From: Dicyema japonicum | Lineage: Eukaryota; Animalia; Dicyemida | Assembly: GCA_011109175.1 (NCBI GenBank) | Contig: RDEW01000017.1 | Location: 1-64,000 of the forward strand | DNA: 64,000 nt | Direction: 5' to 3' | Shown: piece by piece, positions 39,150 through 53,010 of the stretch | How the letters are laid out: every line of letters starts with the position of its first letter | Numbering within the stretch: position 1 is the stretch's first letter | Made by a program: the position numbers and the translations under genes | The notes under the pieces: generated by a model | Told to the model about the DNA's origin: nothing | What the model saw: only the letters and a program-made list of their open reading frames with translations | Database searches by the model: none

Positions 39150-40190
39150 CACCTTATAAGTTTTGACCTAAAAAATTGACTTTAAGAATTCAAAATTTTG
39201 ACCTTTTTTGACTTTATGATAATTTTATCTACAAAAAAATTTTTATTAATATAAAAAAACAAATCAATTTTTTATTAAAATACAGAATAATGTAATTCAA
39301 AACGTTTTCTGGTTTAAAATTTCGGTCTTTAGATAGTAAAAAACTTCTCTCAGCAAATAGTGATGTGGAAGGACACTTTTCCAGATAGTTGTATACATAT
39401 GGAGAAATATGTTGTTTTTCCACTTTTGTGATAGAAAACAATTGATTGACAAATAATCTTGATTCCAATACTTCCTGATTCCACATAAATCGTCCCCAAA
39501 ATGCAATTTCTGGATGTGTTTAACAGCGTATTCGCAATCTATAGCAAAATCCCTTAGAACATTGTCAATTATCTGACGGATAATCGAAGAGTTAGTGGCA
39601 AAGGACAATGACGACAAGAAAATATTTTCTTGGGATTAGAAATTCTTCCAATAAGTGTATTGACATATTTCTGTCCCGAATATCAGTTTCGTCAATCAAA
39701 ACAAAATTTTTCAGATCTATAATAAATGAAAATAAAACCTGTTCAACTTTTGCATGGGAATTTCGGATTCGACAAAAAGCCTTAGTGACTTTATCGACCC
39801 ATGTGTCGGACGAGAAAATCAATGGGTTTATAGTATTGACACCTGTAAAATAGTAATAAAAATAATAAACCTGCTAATTTTATATGCTTCTTAGACGATC
39901 GATGTGATTCAATAAAAAATTGATTGCTTGAACACAGCCTCACAGTGAATAATGACAATTGATCCCACGATAGTATTTTATTTAAAAATTCAAAAAAAAT
40001 TAAAATATAAGAAATAAAAATCAATAAAAATTTTGACTTTATTGATCTAAAAAATTAAATTTTTTTGATTGGATTAAAACTACATAACTTGATTTTTATA
40101 ATATTTTTGATTAAAAACTACATTTTTATAAGTTTTAAACAATTTTAAAGAACATACCAATTTTCGACTTTATCGACAAAAATCGCTCTT
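39150..40190 (-). mobile_element. hAT-like transposon remnant with C-terminal dimerisation motif
   Basis: CPSTSLFAERSF..LSKDRNFKPENVLNYIILYFN; AT-rich subterminal repeats shared with 44385-44580. Confidence 0.6.
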
Positions 40191-40586
40191 GTTTTTTGTC
40201 TTTAACTGTGGTCTTTGGAAATAAATTTCAATCTACAAAAATCGCCCTACTCATAGCACACAATAAATGGACAAAGCGATTGAAGCATCGGATAAAAGTT
40301 TCATAGTTCGACTATCAACAGCTAGCAGCGAAAGAACTCACAACGATAATCTATACAAGACCATATGATTTTATAGTAAAACGCTCAAGATTGAGAGATT
40401 CCATCCTATGATTTGTATGTAATTCGCTCAATCAACCATGCCTCCTCTTGACAGTCCCTTTTTTTGCAATCAAAGATCCGATAGCAGAAGGTTAGCGATT
40501 TGTGACTTAATATATATAATTCAATGGTTACAATAATGGTTTACAAGTATTATAAATTGAAGAGAAATTTAATTAGTAAAATAGTC

Positions 40587-42039
<1,453 letters not shown>

Positions 42040-42789
42040 CCCACAACAATTTATTTTTTTAATTTAATTTATAACAAAATTTACTAATATAATTTATTTA
42101 TTATCAAATTATTTTGAAAAAATCAGCTCGTTACATAGAAGACTATACGCCATTTATGGCATCTAATGGACCCTCTCTCGACAACCCACGGCTCTTTCGC
42201 ACGCTTGTGGGACAATGGGAGACCACAGACGTTGGATCGCTCGTTGGGAACTGGGATTACCTAACTGTCTGATGTTTTCTGTCTTTCTTTTTCTGTGATC
42301 ACGGGGTTCTAAATAAATAACCCACGAAAGAATGGATGTCGATACCTTTGATTTTCAAGAAAACCCACAATTAAACTAAAAAATTGAACTGGTGCATATG
42401 GTTTAGCTAATTACACACAATATTTTCATTTCCCCTGGCAATTTGCAAAAAAATGCGCTCAATGAGCCTCAGCCCGATTATTCGACAAAATATTATTTCT
42501 GCAGCGGGATAATATTGAGATTCAAACTTATTCAGTCAACGAAAAATTTGTTACAAACTCCTATTTAACTCGAACCTATTTATTAATGTTTTTAATTCAT
42601 ATTTTATCTCCCACACTAAAATTATACTTATTATTATGAACATTCATTTTCCTGTTCATAGCTTTGCAATAACTCGAATCTTCTTCAGTCTGTTTGATTT
42701 CGAAGTTGAATTTTGTCGCATTCGGTAAAAATTGTCTGATTTGGAATTATATAAAGAAATTAAATAAATTTAAAGAAAAGAGAGTTGAT

Positions 42790-44260
42790 GGTCATATAGC
42801 GGCTGCCCTGACTGCGTGGCTATTCCCTCTCAGATTCGCTCGAATAGCCAGCAGCGCTCACGAGGGTCTCCTTTTCGTGNCTTGGAATTATATAAAAGAA
42901 ATTAAATAAATGTAAAGAAAAGAGAGTTGATGGTCATATAGCGGCTGCCCTGACTGCGTGGCTATTCCCTCTCAGATTCGCTCGAATAGCCAGCAGCGCT
43001 CACGAGGGTCTCCTTTTCGTGTAGAGATCCGATTCCCTAGACGACTCAAGAATTCCAGCGTCGCAGGCGCAAGGGAACCAGACGTCTCAACGACGAGTAG
43101 GACAAACAAAAAATCTTTGGGTAGGACGCTTACTTTTCCCGCTTCAACTTCTTGGCCTTCTCAGCGGCAGAACAGGCTCTAGAGGCACTCTGGAGTAGGT
43201 TGCAAGAGGAAAATGTGTCGGTGCAGGTGACGTCCCAGACAAGAGGTATACTGGCTTTAAAAAGGGAAAGATTGTCATCCCATCTGTCATTTCCCGTCCC
43301 ACCTGCAAAGACGATGGTTCGAGCATAGAGGGGTGTCCGGCGGCGTCCAAAGCTCTCTTAACGACTTCATTCAAGGCCATGTGTCTGGGAATTCTTCATG
43401 CCTCTTCCTGCCGGAGAGAGGGTGTAAGCCAAAACAGTTGATCTGGTCTCCGATCTGGTCTCCGCATCGGCACGGATTTGGAACTCAGACTTTTAATCCC
43501 AGTCGTAATGAGATCCCAATACGGACGCATTCATCATCCAGGAAGGTATCCAAAACTCTATTGGGAACGGCGATGAGTCAGACACCGTTCTCGGAAGACG
43601 CCCTCAACAACAAACAGGCATGTTGGCTAGATGACACTAGCAAATCTTTGAAAGAATTCCAGCAAATAGCATCGCCCAGGTTCCGCTGAAAGAACGAGGA
43701 AGGCAGGGAAAGCTGATAAGCACGGCTCCATGCCTCACGAGCATGGCCGACGTCTTTGTCAATAGAGAATTCAAGGAGGGAGTGTATAATCCTCCTGACA
43801 AAAGTGTTGGCCATCATCGACGATAGATATGCAGATAGTCCGGAGAGGATCTTCGGTCGTTTTGGAATAGACCTTCGTAGCGACAGGTCGTACGGCCTTG
43901 GGAATCCTCACAGAAATAGTCCGTGAAGAATATAATTCAGATATGAGGCGTAGGAACGTTTCAGGGTCCATGTTTGATGGGTAATTAACAGGAGAGTTAA
44001 CATTAGCGTGGGCACGGGGAACCTCCCTGCATAGGGCGAGGCTTGACTGGGAGTGCCATATTCCAAGCACGCTCGCTGCGGCTTTGGATATCTTGATACA
44101 CCCGAAGTGGAAGAAATCTTCACAAGCAGAGCAGGAGATCCCACACTTCCGAGTTCTGACAAGCCGACAGGACGAACACATCTCAGTTGACTGGGCAGGT
44201 ACTTTTTCCTCGAAGTGGAACATTTTTTTCAGTTGCTTTTCTCACAACAGACATAATCAC
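42790..44260 (-). mobile_element. CRE-like non-LTR element: PHD-like N-terminus joined to zinc knuckle/RLE C-terminus, RT absent
   Basis: CSSC...CSACEDFFHFGC; LDDECVRIGISLRLG..PCRCG; RHMALNEVVKRAL; DGMTIFP...LVWDVTCTDT; VETSGS; ISLAIQRGNSHAV-like end. Confidence 0.8.
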
Positions 44261-44384
44261 AACAAACACGTAATTTTTTAAATCTAAATATAGTTTTTAA
44301 ATCGAACACCGTCAATTTTCAATAGATTCTGGAGGCGGACAATTGATAGAATCCTTAATTTTCCCAGGAATCACACTCATCACT

Positions 44385-44580
44385 AGGGCGATTTTTGTCA
44401 ATAAAGTCAAAAATTCATATGTTCTTAAAAATTGTTTAAAACTTATTTTTTTAAAAAAAAGTAGTTTTTAATCAAAAATATTGTATAAATCAAAAGTGAT
44501 AAAGTAAAAAAATCAAAATTTTGTGTAATGTTAAAAAAGTCGAAATTTAATTTTTTAGGTCAATCTTATAAACCACTTTA
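44385..44580 (+). mobile_element. MITE-like derivative carrying both ends of the 39150-40190 element
   Basis: GGGCGATTTTTGTC and TTTTTTAGGTCAA..CTTATAA match the two termini of that element in reverse complement. Confidence 0.55.
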
Positions 44581-44599
44581 TTTAACCAACAATAAAAAA

Positions 44600-45065
44600 A
44601 TAATATTTAATAACCAACATCCTTCTCGCCTGCCTGTTCGCCAACCTCCTCAGGAAGGTTCAATTCTGGTTGCTGAAACAACTCCGAGAGCGCCTTGTCC
44701 AATTGAACCCTCTGCACAGATGGCATCTACGGGCTCTGCCTCGTATACTCCAGTGTCAGGCTCTCTAGGGTCCGCTTTAATACAGTGGACTGTAGATAGG
44801 CCTGGAGCTTCCTATCTACCCCCAACTGCTTCGGATAACCATTGTGGTACTTTGTTGTAATTCCTTTCCACGTCATTACTATTGGAATAACGAGGACCTT
44901 GCAACCAAGCATCTGCCCCATCTTGGTGCAAGCAAGTCATACTTCTTTTTTTTCTCAAACCTCCATAATTTGCAAACGGTCTTGAGATGTAATGCCAACC
45001 TCCATGATAAGGACTCGGCCAGACTCCTTATCCTGTACCATAATGTCCGGTTTATTATGCTTGAC
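44600..45065 (-). mobile_element. R4/NeSL-like RLE non-LTR retrotransposon 3' fragment
   Basis: PDIMVQDKESGRVLIMEVGITSQDRLQ...KYDLLA...VIPIVMTWKGITTKYH (PD..D-type RLE). Confidence 0.75.
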
Positions 45066-45269
45066 TAGCACCGAGGTACGGATAACACTGTCTACCTAAT
45101 TTGGACCTACAATTTTCTGGTGTGGCGAATACCATACTTATTGCATAATAGAAAATGAGGACTACTTACTACCTCGTTGTGCCTCCACAAATAGTCGTGG
45201 CAGAGCATGGATCCGCATCGAGTGGCTTTATAAGAATCAGCCGTTTACGAAGCCATCACGCACAGCCTT

Positions 45270-45720
45270 ATACACTAGGAATCCCAAGAGTTTGTTCGCT
45301 CCGCTACCTGGGTGTAACAGTTGATCATGAAGGCTCTTTTCTGGAGGACGTCAAGCTGAGAGGAAAAGCGCTGCTGGCGATCCTCTGAACACGTAAGCTG
45401 GGCGTCAGTACGGAGACCTTCCTCTTCATTTTAATGAGAATAATTCTACCCAAGTTATTATATGGATGTAAGGCGTGGTACCTATCCACGAAAAGGGAAA
45501 AGCTACTATCGTTTTTTGAGAAGTCTAGAAGATCAGCCATAAAGTTAGCCTTGGGCAGAAGACTACAAGACGTCCTGAGCATCAGGGAGGACGGGATTCT
45601 TGCCCCAGTGAAACAGATAGTGGAAAACAGGATTCGCAGATTCCGCGAAAGAACGCATAGAAATTAAGGAGATGAGGGACGTTAGAAGTGTTCAGGCTGT
45701 AAAGGCTGACTAATTAAAAC
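45270..45720 (+). mobile_element. LINE RT C-terminal fragment
   Basis: LRYLGVTVD...ILPKLLYGCKAW. Confidence 0.7.
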
Positions 45721-45865
45721 CCTATAGCTAACTCCTAATCTATTTATTTACAGTAAAGTCTCTCTAATCCGCCAGATTTTTTAATGAATCCGAATCCGCC
45801 ATGTCTCTTAATTTTAAATAATTTTTTAAATAATTTAATAGGTAAATAATTTACTTATTAACACT

Positions 45866-48846
45866 GTCTTCTTCGTATTGCTTACCAGTTTCTCCCCTCA
45901 CTCTTGGATCCCTCAACTGCCGAGGCCTCAATCAGTGCTACAAGAAACAACAATTGGCGCGTGATCTGAGTAAATACAACATCTCTGTATGTTGTTTGCA
46001 AGAGACGAAAATAACCGAACAAACTGCAGAACTGTTTCAGAATTTTTACCTTTTGACCCTCACACCAGACTGCAGGCACTATGGGCTCGGATTTGCTGTT
46101 CATCGCACTTGTTTCACTGTGTCTCAAGAGTATGGGCAGTATCTGACCGTGTCGCGGTGTTACAAATCAAATGCGGAAACAAACTCAACTCAGTGATCTC
46201 CATCATAAATGTATATGCCCCAACCGGAGCACGTGTATCAACGAATATCGAAGAAACTGGATACGTTTTACTCTACTCTCACAGTGTGTACAACTCACTC
46301 TCATCCTCTTACTTTCTTTTTATCGCCGGGGACTGGAACGCCAGGGCCGGAAAAGCAAGACCTGGTGAAACGTGTATTGGATCCCACGGTAGAAACCGCC
46401 GTAACATCCCCGGAGAGGCATTAATACAATTTTGCACGGCATTCAACCTACTCATATGCAACACTTGTTTCAAGCACCCGGCAAGACACAGGACCACGTG
46501 GGTTGGTACCAGAAAAGGCAAATCTGGAAACACAGTCAATATATACAATCAGATCGACTATATTATCTGCAAGCAACATCAGAAGGCCCTCCTACAGGAC
46601 TCGAGATCTTACGGTGGACTTGAAACAAGTAGCGATCATAAACTTGTGGTCGCCCGGCTAGTACTTAAAAGAATCCATGGAATACACGGGAAACACAAAG
46701 GCCTTACCTCAGTACGTTTCGACACTGAGAGGTTACGCTACGAAGAATCCACCAAATGTCGTTATAGTGCAGTTCTGAGAGATAGCATCAACAGTATTAA
46801 CCAAAATCAGCCGACAAACAGCTTATGGGATGAAATAGTGGTTGCTATCCAAAACACAGCCTTTAGTGTGCTTGGTCACATCACCAAATCTCGTCACAAA
46901 CAATGTAATCCGGATATCGGACAACTCTCTGTAACACAGAAAGAGCTCAGACTCCGGATGGAAAACACAAACGCTCCGGAAGATATCAAAGTACTGCGCA
47001 CCCAGAGAGGGAGAGTCTTAACGAAGATCAAACAAATACAAAGATTCCTTGCCAAAAATGAAGCTGAGGAGAAAATCTCAGACATATTAAAGTACAAGAA
47101 CGGACCAAGAATGTTCAAAGCAATCCGGCTTCTTAGCAGAGAAAACTGTCCAATTTCGTTAACTGTCCATGACAACCTTGGTCACGACGTTATCGGGACC
47201 ATTAACAAAGCAAACGTTCTGGCATCCCATTTTGACCTTATGTTCAACAAACAGGACGCGGCTGACCAAGCAATGAAATCTCGGAAGTCTTACAAGTACA
47301 CTCTAACTAGCCCTATTACCATATCCGAAACTCAACAAGCTATTAAAAAATTAAATACCGGAAGATCTGCCGGACCAGACTTCATTACTGCAGAACTTTT
47401 ACAATACGGCCCGGAGGAGCTAATTGAAATGATTACTAACATTTTCAACCGGTCTCTCGAGGGTGCAGATGAACTGGAACTGGGAAAAGGGTGGCTAATT
47501 CCACTACAAAAACCGGGAAAAAGTAAAGGCCCCCCTCACAACTTCAGACCTATTATACTCCTAACCTCCATACGAAAAACATTATCCCTCATTGCTTTAA
47601 ACCGAATAAAGGAGAGGGTGAACATATTTCTTTCGGACGGCCAAAGTGGATTCCGGACGGGCAGGTCCACGGCTGACGTGGTATGGGGGCACAGGTGGTA
47701 TTGTGCCCTGTGCCAAAAATACAAAAAATCTATTGAGATACTTGGTATCGACATGTCCCGTGCGTTCGACTCGGTGGACCGTGGAAAACTTATGGAAGTG
47801 TTGGAGAGTTTTCTACTGCCTGACGATGTCAAAATAATACACTTACTCATGCGGAACACTCAACTTGCCGTCAAAATTGGTGACTCTACCTCTAACTTTT
47901 TTTCGACCTCACGTGGAGTTCCACAGGGGGACTCACTATCCCCGGTCCTCTTTATTGTCTACCTTGAGGCCGCACTAAGAGAGTTCAGACCCCTGGTTGG
48001 CAACAATTATAACGAGATAATCTACGCGGACGACCTGGACTTTGTTTCTGAGGATATTCAAGTACTTCAACACATGCTTAACGTTCTTCCACACGTATTC
48101 TCGAAATGGTTCTTAACCGTTAACACCGATAAAACAGAGTTCACAACACTTACACGCAATGATCGAAGATCGGACGAGTCTTGGAGAAAGCAAAAGAAGG
48201 TGGGTTCGCTTCTCGGGGACTCAGAAGATGTTTCTCGGAGGAAAATCCTCGCAATGTGTGCACTAAAGAAAGTATCGAATATGTGGGGTCATAAGAAGAG
48301 GATGGGATTAAACACCAAACTCAGAATATATAAGGCTTTTGTCATCCCCGTCCTGACCTACAATTCAGGCACTTGGGGAATCTCTAAACAAGAGATGGAC
48401 CGTCTTGACGCTTTCCACAGGACACAATTGAAATCAGTAATCAAGATCAAGTGGCCTAAGAAGATCTCAAACAATGACCTCTACTCGAAGTGCAAATCTG
48501 GTATACTATCCGAGGAGATCTTCAGATCAAGATGGAGTCTCTTTGGACATATCTTACGTCTAAATGCTCAAGTACCCGCGAATATCGCCATGGAAAACTA
48601 CCTAATGCATACGGGAGCCGGTTTCCGTGGAAGACCAAGAGTCACACTCCCAACTATTTTGAATGGAGACCTATCGGCTGTGGGACTGAAGCTCACTTCC
48701 GCAGACGACCTAGATACCTTAAGGGAACTGGCACGAAGTAGAGGGTCCTGGAAAAGGCTGATAGAGAGGATGGCTAGAAATACGGCACAAGGGAGGCTTG
48801 ATTAATTTTATGACTTCTCGGGAGTGCTTTAAATAATAAATAATAA
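45866..48846 (+). mobile_element. near full-length RTE-clade LINE with 11-bp TSD TTATTAACACT
   Basis: TSDs at 45855-45865 and 48847-48857; single APE-RT ORF; AATAA-repeat tail. Confidence 0.93.
45880..48805 (+). CDS. RTE APE endonuclease + reverse transcriptase (one 1-nt frameshift at about 46110)
   Basis: GSLNCRGL, CCLQETK, INVYAPT, AGDWNA, NQIDYI, SDHKLV; RT QSGFR, GVPQGDSLSP, IYADDL. Confidence 0.92.
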
Positions 48847-49689
48847 TTATTAACACTTTGTCATTGTTTTTTGTTGTTTTCATGAACGTAACTACACGAT
48901 TAAAAAACAAACAAAAAATTGCCATTTTAGTAAAAAAAGGGATAAAATATGTCGAATCACTTACGATCTGACATTTCTCGCAAAGAATATTTAAAGTTTA
49001 GTGAAATCGATTATGATACGATTTCTCGGGTTAATTCAATGGATCTTAATGGAGCCATTTTGAACCATGAAATTATTACTGAGAAAGCCAAAACATTTGC
49101 ATCGAAACGAGGGATTTCAAAGGAAGCAAGGGATGGCTTGTTAAATTTAAAAAGAGGAATGGTTTGAAGTTACGAAATATGCATGGAGAATCTGCAACTT
49201 TAAATTTTGTCCCTAATGTGGTATCAGATTTATTGAATTAATCAAAAATAAAATCAATCTCTACGGAGCTCAAAATGTTTATAATGCCGACGAAACTGGT
49301 TTATTTTACAAAATGATGCCGTCCAAAAGTGTTTGTAAAAACCTTAAATCAGGTTATAAAATATTAAAGACAGAGTTCCAGTCATGTTATGTACAAATGT
49401 GGACGGTACAGATAAACGAACACCCTTACTAATTGGGATGTTTAAAAATCCTAGATGTTTCAAAAATTTTGATATTAAAAATATGTCACATATTCTAATT
49501 CAAAAAGCATGGATGGATAGCCGAATTTTTAATCAATTTTTTTTGAAATGGGAAGTAGAATTTGATTTGAATGATTCGGAGAAAGTAGAACAAGAAATTG
49601 ATGGTGAAGAACCCCTTGAAGAAAGTCAGAAAGGTGTAACTATTAGCGAGGCTTTTTTAGCCTTAAATAAATTAAAAGAATTCTATTTC

Positions 49690-49990
49690 AGCTCGGCGCA
49701 GTCTGCTGGATCGGCAGCCGATCTGGCCGAGAAAATCAAGATTGAAAAATATGGCGAAATTGGAGACCGCTACCGTTTTGTACCGGTAGCAATCGAGACG
49801 TCTGGTGCAGCTGTAAGTATTACAGCCTCTTTCCTAAAGGAAATCGGGGGAAAATTGGCCCACCGCAAGAAAGACGTGCGGGAAGCGTCTGGCTGAGGCA
49901 AAGAATTGGTATCGCAGTTGTTCGCGGAAACGCTTACTCCGTGATGTCAGCAGCCGCTCTCCCCCATAGTTAATAAATAATATTTTATTG
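49690..49990 (+). mobile_element. CRE-like 3' fragment inserted in the Tigger transposase
   Basis: AEKIKIEKY..FVPVAIETSG..LRQRIGIAVVRGNAYSV; A-rich tail; short TSD-like TTCTAT. Confidence 0.8.
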
Positions 49991-51733
49991 TTAAAAAAAA
50001 TTCTATAATCAAAAAAATTCTTTAATGTCGAAAATCTTGAGTCTGTTGAAATGCTTGGATCTTCAATCATCCGAACTCTAAAAAGAAACAAATCAAAACT
50101 TACTGATTTTTTGCTTATAAATAATTTTTTATTTACATTATTAATGAATGAAAAAATCAATAAGTCTCTCAAATCCGCCAGATTTTGCCGATCTCCGAAA
50201 TTGGCGGATTCGAGAGACTTTCTGTACATTTTTCATCGAAAAAATTTAGAGGGACAAGAAAAACGAAGAATTACCCTGGAAAATTTTCTCAAATCAGGCG
50301 AAAAAATATACAGTAACGAATACCGAAAGAGAAATGATCACAATTCTAGATGATGAAGATAAAGAAATTACACTATGCATGTAAGGCGGGTCAAACAGTT
50401 ATGATAATTCTAATTTTTTTTGGTTTATGTTTTTTGAAAAAATTGATTCAAACATACCGCTGCATATATCTATTTTCAGCAAACTGGCCGAATACTAAGC
50501 TTCCTATGAGCAAAATACTACATGGAAAATTAATTTGAAAGGAAAGGCAGTTAGCACGGAAGTATGTTCTATTTTAATGCTTCTTCACGGATTCAAGCCA
50601 ATTGCTCATGAGAATGGCGATTCAGACCCTCTGCATAAGCCAGATATTAAATTAAAAAATTTAAAATAACATTTTTTAATTTAATAGCTAAAAATAGTTT
50701 GGCCAACAATTTTCGTGAATTTTTAAATAAAATGAAAATACGCTAATTTAATCAATGATTTTGATTGGATGTTGGTTTGCAGGAAATCACGATCTTCAAA
50801 ATAATATGAAAAAAATTAATTTCAACTATTTATTAAAGAGATAAATGAAAAACTTAAGAAATGTAATTTTTATTAACAATTAATAATATTTTAAAACCTC
50901 GCAACTCTGGCGTCTCGCTTCTCTGGAATGTGATATTTTTAGTCAAATATACCGATTTTTTTCAAATCCATTGGATGTCTGGTCATAATTAATCCTGCAA
51001 AAAATGGTTTAATCACAAGAACAATTTAATATAATTGTATTTTTTCTGCAGCTATTAAAGTATGCCTTCGAGCAGAATCCCTTGAAAAAGATAAGTCTTC
51101 TTCATAATCATATTATAATCGAATTAGACTATATCGTCCTCGAAAACTAGCAATGGGGCAAGTCTCCAAATGCGCTGTTTACACTTTCTGGAAAGCGATA
51201 CACCAACAGTCCGACCTCTTTTTGGCACAGACTCCTGGTCTGAGACATCCTCACTTTTTGAGGCACTGACAGCTTTCATTAATTAAAATCGGAATCGTTT
51301 CAAAACGCAGCGAGAACTACTTTTGTTCTTGGATGCTATCGACGTAGGGATTGATGAGGGTTGTATAAGAACAATTGGATAGTNAATGGGGCAAGTCTCC
51401 AAATGCGCTGTTTACACTTTCTGGAAAGCGACTCCTGGCCTGAGACATCCTTACTTTTTGAGGCACTGACAGTTTTCATTAATTAAAATCGGAATCGTTC
51501 CAAAACGCAGCGAGAACTACCTTTGTTCTTGGATGCTATCGACGTAGGGATTGATGAGGGTTGTATAAGAACAATTGGATAGTTATACTCCGCATGAATA
51601 GATAATTCACTTTTTAGCGAAAAAGGTTATTAAACGGAGGAGACATATAATGTCTCACATTAGTTGACCCTGTCACACCTAACTCATTACTCAGTTTCTT
51701 GGTTTTTGGCTTTAATTTGTATTCAGTTTTTGT

Positions 51734-51880
51734 CAGTCTGATAAATCGTCACTTACAAAGTACAACTAAATTTTTTAAAATTATTTCTCAATTAATAATA
51801 TTTGAAAATTCCAATGGTTTTTTTTAATATTCTTAATATTTTTTAATTCATTCTGTGAACAGTGACGATTTATCAGACTG
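51734..51880. mobile_element. 147-bp MITE-like element with perfect 20-bp TIRs; tandemly duplicated (second copy about 51915-52048)
   Basis: CAGTCTGATAAATCGTCACT / AGTGACGATTTATCAGACTG. Confidence 0.7.
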
Positions 51881-53010
51881 TGACAGTTTATGCTCGACTT
51901 TAATAAATTCTCTTCGTCACTTACAAAGTACAACTAAATTTTTTAAAATTATTTCTCAATTAATAATATTTGAAAATTCCAATGGTTTTTTTTAATATTC
52001 TTAATATTTTTTAATTCATTTTGTGAACAGTGACGATTTATCAGACTGTGTCAGTTTATGCTCGACTTTAATATATTCTCTATTTGTTCCCCAGACCGGT
52101 GTTGTACTGCATAAGGTTATTTGACCTGTAATTTACAGAAAGCTGATTATAAACCATGTGGCTACTTGATTGAAGATTTCCCTTCCTCCCCTCTGGTGAC
52201 GTCTTTGGATCCTCCTTATTCATGAGATGCCCAATTCTCGGCCAGCATTCAAAAGGATCCAACTATTCATTCCACTGTGAGACAATCTCTCTCCCTGGCA
52301 ACGAGTTCTGAAATCAACCACAGCTTCACACACAATGTCCTCTGGATCATCCAGTTTATAGTAAATTTATTGTTGTTGTGTCAATAGAACACGGTGATTG
52401 CTAGCAGTCGATCGTGTCTATAATGAAAAACATCGAGAAAAATTGAGTATAACTTAATAACGTGAACTCTATGGCTTGGATCTGCTGCCCGGGTGGCTGT
52501 CCCTATGGCCCCCTCTAAGCACGCCCCTGCATCGGATGCACTAATGCCTGGATTGCAATCCCGTCTAGGAAAATTGGGGGAACTTAGATGGTTTTTTTAG
52601 GAAAGCGTCGAAAGTCCAGAGTTTTCCTCGGAGGTAAATGTTTAATGGTTCTCTTTGGAGGAACATTAGGTTCCCTACGTGCGTTACCATACTTACAGAA
52701 TCGGTGAACCACATCAGGCACGCTCGAACCGAATAATGAAATGAGCAGAATTATGAAATAATCCAAATTAACCATTAAAAACCAAGCGTTAACTAAATTT
52801 ATTTTTAATTTGTTGGAAAATGACTGGAATGTCGGAAAGCAANTTTCCTCGGAGGTAAATGTTTAATGGTTGTCTTCGGAGGAACATTAGGTACCCTCCG
52901 GGCGTTACCATACTTACAGAATTGGTGAACCACATCACGGCACGCTCGAACCGAATAATGAAATGAGCAGAATTATGAAATAATTTAAATTAACCATTAA
53001 AAACCAAGCG

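Larger units (their letters stand above)
45751..50224 (+). mobile_element. Tigger/pogo (CENP-B-like) transposon hosting nested RTE and CRE insertions
   Basis: TA-flanked TIRs CAGTAAAGTCTCTCTAATCCGCCA / TGGCGGATTCGAGAGACTTTCTG; HTH (IITEKAKTFA..GWL.KFKKRNGL), VYNADETGLFYKMMP, KAWMDSRIF. Confidence 0.88.

Noticed and set aside
49384-49896. 170-aa ORF as a novel transposase-endonuclease fusion
   Set aside because: It is a chance in-frame junction between a decayed Tigger and an inserted CRE tail. Both parts are truncated.
50900-51350. DQTSNGFEK resembling the BUD13 C-terminus
   Set aside because: The flanking residues do not match and no spliced open frame could be built.
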